From a virus (taxonomy: Duplodnaviria; Caudoviricetes), in the IMG/VR virus record IMGVR_UViG_3300021511_000252, positions 1-64,000 of that record: a DNA stretch of 64,000 bases. One strand, 5' to 3'. The position numbers and the translations under genes were made by a program. Positions 7,889 to 16,490 of this stretch are shown here, piece after piece; within the stretch, counting starts at the first letter, position 1; each line of letters starts with the position of its first letter. Below the pieces are notes generated by a model. The model had not been told where the DNA came from, ran no database searches, and saw only the letters and a list, made by a program, of their open reading frames with translations.

Positions 7889-9778
7889 TTATCCTACCAT
7901 TTCTTTAAAATGTAAATTCTTAATATTATCAGGGGTCTTTAAGTTCTCTACCCCCATCGGCATCTTCATTTTAGGTCTAGGAATTTTCTGAAAGGATCTT
8001 GCAGTAGAAATCGGAACAATCCGAGGAGACAGTTCTATTTTTCCACTTTCTGTAGGAAGCATTATCATTCTACGAGTAGCTCTTTCCCCATAAGAAGAGG
8101 CCATAGCTATAGACCAAAAAATATCTCCATGATGATTCCTGTTTTTCTCAGCATCAAAAATAAATCTTCCAGATTCTGTAACTTTCCTTTTAATAGAATG
8201 AATTTGATTCTTTACGTCTTTTTTGTTAGGAAGAGCCATCATTTGCTCTTCTAATCTAATTCTAAAATCAGCACAAACCTCTTCTTTCCATTCGTTAGTA
8301 AAATGAATAGCATCAACTCTCCAAGAATAATCAGATAAATCTTCTCCCATATCTTCCCCTATTCCTCCACTATCTATTTTCATTTTAAGTCTGGGGAAAA
8401 TATCTAGAGCTTTTTTTAGATAGGCTTTTTGGTATTTGAATTTCTTATTTCGAAAGGTTTGTAAATGTCTAACTATTTGCAAAGGGGGGTCTGTCTTAAC
8501 TTCTTCTATTATGGAAAATTCTCCATTATTCTGTTTCCTACCCACATCATAGCCTGCATATAAATTTTCAGGAGAAACTTTTCCAGAATTAACGCCTGAT
8601 CTTAAAGAATCAAGATCTTCATAGAGCTTAAAATCTACATCAGGATATTTTTCTACAATGGGGAAAGTTAATTTTTCTGAATATTCATCATCAGCTAAAA
8701 AGATGTCATCAACAACTATTTCGTATACGCATTTATTAATAAGGTCAATCGGGAAAAAAGAAACAGATTCATCAATATGGAGAAGTTCATATTCTTGTTG
8801 AAACTGCTCTATGTCCATAGAAATAAAGATTCCGATAAGCTTCTCAGAACCAAACTTTACAACTCTTTCTTCTGAAGATAAAGCAGAAGCTTCTTTTCTT
8901 GCCTGCTTAAAAAGTCCTTTCTTAACGAAATCAACACAATGCCACCAGTATATCTTATGATAACTATAGATTCGCCGATAGGCATCTTTAGCTATAATGT
9001 CATAATGAATACCCTTTTTACCTAAAGGAGAACTTCCCAAAGTAAGAGTTCCTGACCCTCTGGTGATAATGGGAACGGCAGCTACATATATCGCATCCCC
9101 CCATGTGTAGTGAGCGGCCTCATCTAAATAAACATCAACATTGCCACCTTTGCCTCTAGGTTCTCTTTGAGCATGAGAAATAATTCTTGTTCTAGAAGAA
9201 TATTTTCCTGATTTATCTTCAAACTCTAAAGATTGTTTATTATCTACAACAATTTTCTTCTGAACAGAAAGCGGCAGAGACTCAAATAATCCTCGAGCAT
9301 ATACGATTTTCTCATTAGCTTCTTCTTGATTAATAGAGATAAAAATAGAGGTATGGTAAGATTGGAGATGAGATTTCGCTACAGATCTTCCAGCGTAGAT
9401 ATAAGAAAATCCTGTTTGTCGAGCCTTATCGATATGGATAAAATAAGAGTGGTCGTTTAAATATTTTATTTGATAGCCGTAAAGCTTAGTAGGAATCCCA
9501 AGAACATCTGAAGTTAAACCCTCTAAAAACCCAGGTTCTGTAGATAACCATTTCTCTATTTCGTCTTTAGCTTCAGAGCCTGTCTTCTTAGCTATTCCAA
9601 GAGGAGCTTTCTTAGAAGATAGAAGATCCTTAACAGTAAGATCTCCCTTCTTACTTTTCTTCTTAATTTTCTTAACAGACTTTAAAGAAGAAGGTTTTTT
9701 CTTTTTAGCTTCTTTCTTCTTTGTTCCTGATAAGACCTTACCTAACTCCCCTGGCGTTATTTTCGTTACTGACTTCAC
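7889..9778 (-). CDS. terL: terminase large subunit (Mu gp28-like)
   Basis: KARQTGFSY ATPase motif, VYLDEAAH Walker B, SSPLG motif, YAGYDVGRK and HGDIFWSIAMA nuclease motifs. Confidence 0.93.
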   Translation of the reverse strand: MKSVTKITPGELGKVLSGTKKKEAKKKKPSSLKSVKKIKKKSKKGDLTVKDLLSSKKAPLGIAKKTGSEAKDEIEKWLSTEPGFLEGLTSDVLGIPTKLYGYQIKYLNDHSYFIHIDKARQTGFSYIYAGRSVAKSHLQSYHTSIFISINQEEANEKIVYARGLFESLPLSVQKKIVVDNKQSLEFEDKSGKYSSRTRIISHAQREPRGKGGNVDVYLDEAAHYTWGDAIYVAAVPIITRGSGTLTLGSSPLGKKGIHYDIIAKDAYRRIYSYHKIYWWHCVDFVKKGLFKQARKEASALSSEERVVKFGSEKLIGIFISMDIEQFQQEYELLHIDESVSFFPIDLINKCVYEIVVDDIFLADDEYSEKLTFPIVEKYPDVDFKLYEDLDSLRSGVNSGKVSPENLYAGYDVGRKQNNGEFSIIEEVKTDPPLQIVRHLQTFRNKKFKYQKAYLKKALDIFPRLKMKIDSGGIGEDMGEDLSDYSWRVDAIHFTNEWKEEVCADFRIRLEEQMMALPNKKDVKNQIHSIKRKVTESGRFIFDAEKNRNHHGDIFWSIAMASSYGERATRRMIMLPTESGKIELSPRIVPISTARSFQKIPRPKMKMPMGVENLKTPDNIKNLHFKEMVG

Positions 9779-10340
9779 TTAAACTACTCCCTTCCTCAAG
9801 AAGATTCTCTCTGGGTGTTACATTTTTCAGCTTGTCTTTTTTAGATCGATGACGCTGAATTTTTCCAGAAAGAGACTTCTTATAACGATCTTGTAAATTT
9901 GTAAGATCAGCTACTCCAACCTTAGAAGTAAAGGCTCCTGGAGTATCAAGTCGTAACTCTTTTTGTGTATCTATTAACATTTTGTGCAATTCTCTAAACG
10001 GAACGTCTTTAAGTTCCCCTTCTATCTCTCTTCTTCTGACTTCTTCATAGATATTCAAAAGAGAAATCTTAGCTTGAGACTGCATAAAGGTTGTTCCTAT
10101 TCCATGTAACCTTTCTATCCTTTCACTAAGTTCTTCTCGATATCCTTCGTCTTTAAAGAAGCTCTTTAATTTCCTTGTAGTTGTATCAAGTTTCCGAGCT
10201 ACTTCTTTTAAAGAGAGGGTTTGATCGACAAAATAGCGAAGAGAAAGCTGTCGAAGAATATGTTCCTCTGGAGTAAGAACGGCAGATCTGCTCTTTTCGA
10301 CCGAAGGAGCTATTTTTTTTCTGGGTCTAGGTAAATTCAT
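9738..10340 (-). CDS. probable terminase small subunit (HTH)
   Basis: HTH-like SLKEVARKLDTTTRKLKSF; overlaps the terL start. Confidence 0.65.
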   Translation of the reverse strand: MNLPRPRKKIAPSVEKSRSAVLTPEEHILRQLSLRYFVDQTLSLKEVARKLDTTTRKLKSFFKDEGYREELSERIERLHGIGTTFMQSQAKISLLNIYEEVRRREIEGELKDVPFRELHKMLIDTQKELRLDTPGAFTSKVGVADLTNLQDRYKKSLSGKIQRHRSKKDKLKNVTPRENLLEEGSSLSEVSNENNARGVR

Positions 10341-10555
10341 TCCTAAAAAGTCTTTAAAATTTACAATTATCTTAAATTAATTATAGTATAACATACCTTT
10401 TTACTTTGACAAGAAAAAAATTAGAGAAAAACTTTCTGTAATAAAATAAAGAAAAGAGAGAAGAATCTTTCTCTGAAGAAGTCTAAAAAAAAGAAAATGG
10501 TATATTTAAGTATATTTATGGGCTTATTTTTTCGCTAAAGGAGAAAAATTTACAT

Positions 10556-11668
10556 ATGAAAAAAGAAAAAAAAGAAAGAAGAAAATTAATTATAGATGGA
10601 AATTTACTAGCAAGAAAAAGCTTCTATAAATTTAGAGAACTAAAATCAACAATTTTAGTTAAGAATTTAGGGTACTTATCTAAAAAGGTTAAAGAACAAA
10701 CTGTAACTTTAAAGAAAGAAGAAGAAAATAAATTCGTAAGCGACGGTTCTGGAAGAATAATTAATATTAAGGAAAATAGTCGAATAGAAGGTAAAATTAA
10801 TCAAATCATAGCAGAAGAAGGTGTAGTTTCTCTAAATACCGGAGTTTTATACGGTATGTTACGATCTATTCTCGTAGCTTATGGAAAATTTAAAATAGAA
10901 GAAGTTATAATCTGTTATGATCCAGTATATCATAAAGATAACGGAATACAATTAAGAAAAGAAATAAATTCCGAATATAAAAACAGAAAGAAAGATCCAG
11001 ATACAGAAAGAGAATTTAATCTAGCTTTATCTTTAGCACAATCTTTCTTCTACAAGATAGGCATTTTACAAGTTACTACGACTAAATTTGAAGCAGACGA
11101 TATTCTACAATACTATACGCACAAGATCTTTAAAGAAGAAGAATGTATTATCTTAACAAATGACCATGACTTATTTCAACTACTAGAACCTAACCGAGTA
11201 AAAATGCTAAGATTAGGGGTAAACCCTGATTTATATACCGCTAAGAAATTTAAAGAAGAATATAAAATCTCATCCAAACAATATAAGGACGTTCTAGTTC
11301 TGGGAGGGTGTTCTACAGATAATGTTAAGGGGGTTAAAGGTATAAGCGAAAAATCTGCAATAGATCTTATCAGAGAATTTAAGTCCCTAAAAATTCTTTT
11401 AAAGAAATATAAGACGAGTTCTAACAAGAGAGCGATAACCGCCTTAGATAAAGATAAGAAGACAGGATTTAAAAGTCTTAAAGAATCATATAGATTAGTC
11501 TCCTTATATGGCCTTAAAAAAGAACTAAAAGATGATCTTTCTATAATTAAATCATCTAAATCTCCTGAAATTCGCTATAAACAAGCTATAACCTTTCTAA
11601 AAATCCTTAAATTTAAGTCTTTTTTGACAAAATCAGCTAAAAAGTCGTTAAAGTTATTAATATCTTAA
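10556..11668 (+). CDS. 5'-3' exonuclease / flap endonuclease (PolI N-terminal family)
   Basis: LIIDGNLLARKSFY, YKNR, FEADDI, TNDHDLFQLL, LGGCSTDNVKGVKGISEKSA (HhH). Confidence 0.92.
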   Translation: MKKEKKERRKLIIDGNLLARKSFYKFRELKSTILVKNLGYLSKKVKEQTVTLKKEEENKFVSDGSGRIINIKENSRIEGKINQIIAEEGVVSLNTGVLYGMLRSILVAYGKFKIEEVIICYDPVYHKDNGIQLRKEINSEYKNRKKDPDTEREFNLALSLAQSFFYKIGILQVTTTKFEADDILQYYTHKIFKEEECIILTNDHDLFQLLEPNRVKMLRLGVNPDLYTAKKFKEEYKISSKQYKDVLVLGGCSTDNVKGVKGISEKSAIDLIREFKSLKILLKKYKTSSNKRAITALDKDKKTGFKSLKESYRLVSLYGLKKELKDDLSIIKSSKSPEIRYKQAITFLKILKFKSFLTKSAKKSLKLLIS

Positions 11669-11684
11669 AGGGAGAAATATAAAA

Positions 11685-12383
11685 ATGCAAAAAAATAAAA
11701 TTTTGATTCCGGATTATAAAGAAACCAGTTTAAATAGCTGGAAAATAAAGAAAGGTTTCTCTCCCCCTATTGTAAGAGGATATTTTAGTGGCTTACAACC
11801 TTCTTATAACTTTGAAAATTATATCCTAACTAAAGAAGAAAAAGTCTGGATGTCTTTAACCCCTATGGAGCTAGAATCTATGACTCCGCATATTATGTCT
11901 GCAATTGGAAGAGTTGTTATCGCAGGGTTAGGAATGGGAGTATATTTATACAATCTAATTAATAAAGAAGATGTAACAGATATAGCTGTAATAGAAAAAG
12001 ATCATGATCTAATAGAGATGATAAAAGATTACGGTAAAAAGTGGGGAAGCGATAAAGTAATAATTTACGAAGGAGACGCCTTCGAAGTAGGAGAATTTAA
12101 GACAGAACCTGATTTCTTATTTATAGATATCTGGTCTAATCTAGGAACAGAGAAAGCCTTAGAAGAATCTATAGCTATAACGAATAATATTAAGCCTAAG
12201 AAAGTAGGATATTGGGGACAAGAATTAGATTTCGTAGATTGGTTAAATAAAACTAAAAAGCCTTTTCCTCCGACAAAAGAGATGTTTACAGAATATAAAG
12301 AAGAAATAAATCTTCCTTTAGTTTGGTTTAAAGACTATCATCTTCTAGCGATAGAAGCTGCTAAAAATGTAATCTTATATTAG
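11685..12383 (+). CDS. class I SAM-binding, spermidine-synthase-like methyltransferase
   Basis: VVIAGLGMG motif I, VIEKD, GDAF, FIDIW. Confidence 0.75.
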   Translation: MQKNKILIPDYKETSLNSWKIKKGFSPPIVRGYFSGLQPSYNFENYILTKEEKVWMSLTPMELESMTPHIMSAIGRVVIAGLGMGVYLYNLINKEDVTDIAVIEKDHDLIEMIKDYGKKWGSDKVIIYEGDAFEVGEFKTEPDFLFIDIWSNLGTEKALEESIAITNNIKPKKVGYWGQELDFVDWLNKTKKPFPPTKEMFTEYKEEINLPLVWFKDYHLLAIEAAKNVILY

Positions 12384-12392
12384 GAGAATGAT

Positions 12393-13076
12393 ATGTTTCT
12401 ATCTAAAGAAAATAAAGAAAAGTTTAGAAGAATAGAAGAATTAAAAGATCACAATTTTAATATCCCTAGATTTAGATTTCTTCCTATAAATTCAAAAGAA
12501 AAGGATATAGAGGATATATTTATCTGGGCTAAAGAGATTAATAATCCGGATCAAATCTATAATATTAGAACCTATAGTTATTCTAATATATCTAAAAAAG
12601 AATCCGCACAAAATCCACATATTACGGACCTCTCTCTCGATTCTCTAAAAGAAAATCTCCCTAAATTTAATTCAGATTATTCCTGTCTTATAGATGCAGA
12701 AATTCCTGATAACGGAAGATTAGCCGGTAATATCCTAATAGAAGAAGAAGATAATTCTTTTACGATAGAATATGTAGTTAAAGAAAAGAGAGCAATGGTA
12801 AGGGATATTAATAAAGAAAAATTCTTCTCTATATCCGGAAATTATATATATACAAGAGATAAAATTAAATATGATTCTGCAGATATTCCAGATCTCCCTT
12901 TCTTAAGAAAAAATCAGATCATTCTTATTCTGAATTTTATAATAAATAAATCTCTAAATCTAAAAAGAAACAATATCATTCTCGAATTCACCTACTTCAG
13001 CACCCCTTCAGGTATTTTTTATAATAATCTTTTCCCAGAAGATAATATAGTTTTCTGGGAATATAGAGGTCGATAA
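12393..13076 (+). CDS. hypothetical protein, possibly degenerate ATP-grasp fold
   Basis: IEELKDHNFNIPRF followed by YNIRT resembles ATP-grasp/PPDK N-termini; later LEFTYF motif. Weak by-eye match. Confidence 0.4.
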   Translation: MFLSKENKEKFRRIEELKDHNFNIPRFRFLPINSKEKDIEDIFIWAKEINNPDQIYNIRTYSYSNISKKESAQNPHITDLSLDSLKENLPKFNSDYSCLIDAEIPDNGRLAGNILIEEEDNSFTIEYVVKEKRAMVRDINKEKFFSISGNYIYTRDKIKYDSADIPDLPFLRKNQIILILNFIINKSLNLKRNNIILEFTYFSTPSGIFYNNLFPEDNIVFWEYRGR

Positions 13077-13077
13077 A

Positions 13078-13302
13078 ATGGGAATAATGAAATGTAATAG
13101 ATTAAACTGTGAAAATATTGGATGCGAAAGATATTCTTCTGTCTACGGATATATCTGCGAAGAATGTTTTAGAGAATTAGTAGAATCAAGTTCTCTTATA
13201 TCATGTATAAATGAATTTATGCAATTTCCTAAATTTACAATGTCTAGGGAAGAAAAAGAAATAGTAAGAAATCATTTAGAAACTATTTTTCCTAAAAACT
13301 AA
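13078..13302 (+). CDS. small Cys-rich hypothetical protein
   Basis: C-x4-C-x3-C and ICEEC motifs; operon spacing. Confidence 0.65.
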   Translation: MGIMKCNRLNCENIGCERYSSVYGYICEECFRELVESSSLISCINEFMQFPKFTMSREEKEIVRNHLETIFPKN

Positions 13303-13312
13303 GGAAAGTATT

Positions 13313-13546
13313 ATGTTCAATAGAAAAAGATATAATCAGTGGTTAGAAAATTTAGATCTCTGGTGTAAAAAGCATAATATATCAAGAGAACAAGCTATAT
13401 CAATTCTCTCTGATGATTCCTCTTATAATAAAGAAGATCCTAAAAAGGATCTGATAACAATAAGAGATTTATACTGGTCAGAAATGGATGATTTCTGTCA
13501 AGAATTTAAAGAAGAGAAAAAGAAAGAAAGATCTTTATCTTTATAA
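13313..13546 (+). CDS. hypothetical protein
   Basis: AAGGA RBS; last gene of the plus-strand operon. Confidence 0.6.
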   Translation: MFNRKRYNQWLENLDLWCKKHNISREQAISILSDDSSYNKEDPKKDLITIRDLYWSEMDDFCQEFKEEKKKERSLSL

Positions 13547-13804
13547 TCTTCTTGATGATTTATTTCGTTAATATGCTTATATAAGCATACCTTGCTACGC
13601 CTCCTTCTTTATTTAAACTATGTCTCCGCCTCCTTCTTTATTTAAGCTATGCCTAAGTATACCTTTTTTTATCCCCGAGCCTTCTCTCCAATTTCTTCCG
13701 TTTATTTGCAAATTTTCGCAGTTGTTCGCAGTTAGAAAAATCTTCCCCGAATTGAAGAAGTATTTATTGACCTATAGACTTTGCCAGTCTTAAAAAATAT
13801 CACC

Positions 13805-14178
13805 GAATTGAAGAAAGAAAGAAACTATCTATTAGAAGTTTTACTTCAGCAGTTAGAAAAATCTTCCTCGAATTAAAGAAAGAAACTATCTATTAGAAGT
13901 TTTACTTCAGCAGTTAGAAAAATCTTCCCTGAATTAAAGAAAGAAACTATCTATTAGAAGTTTTACTTCAGCAGTTAGAAAAATCTTCCTCGAATTGAAG
14001 AAAGAAACTATCTATTAGAAGTTTTACTTCAGCAGTTAGAAAAATCTTCCCTGAATTAAAGAAAGAAACTATCTATTAGAAGTTTTACTTCAGCAGTTAG
14101 AAAAATCTTCCTCGAATTGAAGAAAGAAAGAAACTATCTATTAGAAATTTTACTTCAGCAGTTAGAAAAATCTTCCTC
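13805..14178. repeat. tandem repeat, six units of 61/65 bp
   Basis: GAATT(A/G)AAGAAAG(AAAG)AAACTATCTATTAGAAGTTTTACTTCAGCAGTTAGAAAAATCTTCC(TC/CT); units start at 13805, 13870, 13931, 13992, 14053, 14114. Confidence 0.97.
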
Positions 14179-14245
14179 GAATTAAAAAGGGGGGAGGCAA
14201 GCCCCATGTAAAAAATTTTTTGTTGTGCATATATATACTTTACTT

Positions 14246-14355
14246 ACAAGTAAAGTTTTGCTTGTTTTACTTGTAAGCAAAACTTTACTTGTTTTACTTG
14301 TTTTACTTGTAAGCAAAACTTTACTTGTTTTACTTGTAAGCAAAACTTTACTTGT
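14246..14355. repeat. one inverted plus three direct copies of an 18-bp element
   Basis: AAGCAAAACTTTACTTGT at 14275, 14311, 14338; exact reverse complement at 14246-14263. Confidence 0.92.
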
Positions 14356-14452
14356 ATATGAAATCCGATATATACTTATCAAGTTTAATAAGTATAAAAA
14401 CGAATACCAAAGCCCAAACAGTCAAGCAACTAAACAAAATTAGATTATCCAT
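14348..14452 (-). CDS. 34-aa membrane peptide (not in ORF track)
   Basis: GAGGAGG RBS; MDNLILFSCLTVWALVFVFILIKLDKYISDFIYK. Confidence 0.65.
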   Translation of the reverse strand: MDNLILFSCLTVWALVFVFILIKLDKYISDFIYK

Positions 14453-14610
14453 TCAATTTCCTCCTCTTGTGCATTATTTATATCTTCCACCTCTACCACC
14501 TGATACTCACTCATACCGAAGGTTATATCATTAACTTTTGGCATAGGTAATATATAGCCAAAAGTCAAGGCTTTCATATATTCATCACTTTCATTATCAT
14601 AGTAGTCCAT
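14440..14610 (-). CDS. 56-aa highly acidic protein (not in ORF track)
   Basis: AAGGGGG RBS; MDYYDNESDEYMKALTFGYILPMPKVNDITFGMSEYQVVEVEDINNAQEEEIEWII (14 D/E, 2 K). Confidence 0.7.
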   Translation of the reverse strand: MDYYDNESDEYMKALTFGYILPMPKVNDITFGMSEYQVVEVEDINNAQEEEIEWII

Positions 14611-14640
14611 AAATAATACCTTCCCCCTTTGTTTTTAGTA

Positions 14641-14684
14641 CCATGTATAAGGCCATAATAACTACGTGGTGGCCTTATACATGG
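14641..14684. other. perfect 15-bp stem-loop (processing site or terminator)
   Basis: CCATGTATAAGGCCA-N14-TGGCCTTATACATGG, intergenic, no U-tract on either side. Confidence 0.8.
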
Positions 14685-14707
14685 CAAAACTATACCTATA
14701 TATGCCT

Positions 14708-15262
14708 TTAGCCCTTTATTAACTCAAGGGCCTTGTCAACAAGGCTTTTGGCCTTGCTAACGTTGTATACGCTATAGGCGCAAAAAGAACCCGTAGGATT
14801 ACCTTTGGGGTTAATTTGCGCCATGCCCAAAGTTTTAGCAAAAGCGTCAAGTTTCTCCAAAGGCAAAATATTTGCTTGCCTTTGGAAGGTCAACTGTTTT
14901 CCAGTGTTGCTTATGACACACTGGACACTATTGCCTTTCCCCTTGCACAAGCCCAAGCGGTTCCCACCGCTATACGCTGAAGTGTTAATCATAAGTCTTA
15001 GGTTTAGGCTTTTAGTAGTTTTGGCATTAAAGCAATATGCCAAAACCTCTTTGAGGTTTTTTTCGATATTATCTACCTCTTCCAAGGTAGATTTTAAAGG
15101 AATTATAGCCATGGGGGCAAAAGTTTTACTTTTGCCGTTTAAGTGTAAACTAACTGAATTGTCAACACTTCTTCTCGGCAAGGCTAAAAAAGATAACATT
15201 TTAGCCTTTGGTTTACTTGCCTTATTACCTGTATTAATTCTTTTTGGTGTTGTTGTTGTCAT
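14708..15262 (-). CDS. basic early protein, function unknown
   Basis: AAAGGGG RBS; 184 aa; first gene behind the 15426-15454 promoter. Confidence 0.8.
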   Translation of the reverse strand: MTTTTPKRINTGNKASKPKAKMLSFLALPRRSVDNSVSLHLNGKSKTFAPMAIIPLKSTLEEVDNIEKNLKEVLAYCFNAKTTKSLNLRLMINTSAYSGGNRLGLCKGKGNSVQCVISNTGKQLTFQRQANILPLEKLDAFAKTLGMAQINPKGNPTGSFCAYSVYNVSKAKSLVDKALELIKG

Positions 15263-15425
15263 ACTGTTCCCCCTTTATGCACCACAAGGTTTATTTATCA
15301 GATACTTATCTTGGCATTAACCTTAATGAAATGGACTTTCAAAATACCAAAACTTGCGCTTTTGCAAGGATAAGGGCCAAAAGGTTTTTCCTTTTGGTTA
15401 TGGTTTTATGTGTGGTGCGGTTTAA

Positions 15426-15454
15426 AAGATACAACATGACAAAAGTTTTGTCAA
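15426..15454 (-). promoter_or_regulatory. sigma70 promoter with an operator-like palindrome
   Basis: TTGACA-17-TATCTT; perfect inverted repeat TGACAAAA-G-TTTTGTCA (15437-15453) overlaps -35 and spacer. Confidence 0.75.
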
Positions 15455-15803
15455 GTATTTTTTGCAATTATTTTGACAAAAGTTTAAATTATTTTTATTT
15501 TACTTTTGGCATACTTTGTGCATACATAAAACTTACAGTAAAACCTACGCATAGCCCCCACATTTTCAAAATAACCAAAAACTACCTATTTTTTTATTTA
15601 CCATAGTTTTTGGCATACTTTGTGCAATAGCATTTAATGCACCACAGAAAATAAATGGCATTTAATGAATATAGCTATATAAAGTTTTTGTAGCTATATA
15701 AAGTTTTTGGTATTGTATTTAATAAATAAGCCTATATTATGTTTTTAGGTAACTAAAAAGTTTTTATAGCTATATTTACCGATCGGCCCTCCATAGAAAG
15801 AGA

Positions 15804-15830
15804 AACGTTCGATCAGTAAGAAACACGAGA
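15804..15830 (-). promoter_or_regulatory. degenerate copy of bipartite motif (putative phage-sigma promoter)
   Basis: TCTCGTGTTT-N10-GAACGTT. Confidence 0.4.
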
Positions 15831-15865
15831 TCCCTGATCCGTGAGCGCAGATCTTTACTGATCTT

Positions 15866-15892
15866 AACGTTCATTTCTATAGAAAGGCGAGA
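15866..15892 (-). promoter_or_regulatory. bipartite motif (putative phage-sigma promoter)
   Basis: TCTCGCCTTT-N10-GAACGTT. Confidence 0.55.
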
Positions 15893-16331
15893 ATAGATTA
15901 ATAATCTATGGTCTATAAGTAGGATATCTATATTCTACCTTCCCAGAACTATGATCTTTTAAGAATAAACATTCTAAAATAGAGAAAGGCAAGATCTTAT
16001 AAGATATATGATATAAAAAATTTCTGGGATAATAATAAATATAGGATCTACAATCTCTGAGAGCAACGGGGGAGCTCGATAGGGGGATAGGGTATACCCA
16101 AGGGTAGGGTAGATATAAGGATAGAGGTAGGGATATAAGAAAAGATAAGGATAATAAGGATAATAGAAATAAGAATAGAACTTCGGCCCTAACCTTTTTA
16201 GATTTTTATACCTAAGCTAATTAACGGATATAGATAATTAACCCTTTTCGGCAGAAGCGGCAGTTCCTCTGCCAGGATAAGGAAGTCACTAACTCTTCTA
16301 AAGAAAGGACTCCGCTGATTTCTTATCAAAT

Positions 16332-16442
16332 AAGATTCTTCCATTCAAAAGAAATCACTGATTAATGATTTCCTTGGGAATCTTCTATTCAAAGAAATCC
16401 TTGATTTCCTTAAGATTCTTCCATTCAAAAGAAATCACTGAT
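16332..16442. repeat. direct repeat pair, about 30 bp
   Basis: AAGATTCTTCCATTCAAAAGAAATCACTGA occurs twice. Confidence 0.85.
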
Positions 16443-16490
16443 TTTCACTGAGAATCTTCTATTCAGAGAGATCAATGATCAATAATTAAT

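Noticed and set aside
6145-9778. Mu-like transposable prophage
   Set aside because: Only the packaging proteins are Mu-type; no transposase, host-gene junctions or integrase in the window
13805-14178. CRISPR array
   Set aside because: Units are contiguous and near-identical with no unique spacers; no cas genes in the window
14182-14443. ORFs 14182-14382 and 14225-14443 (LLTSKTSK / LLVLLVSKT)
   Set aside because: Translations of the 9/27-bp repeats with no RBS; the real genes here are the micro-ORFs at 14348-14452 and 14440-14610
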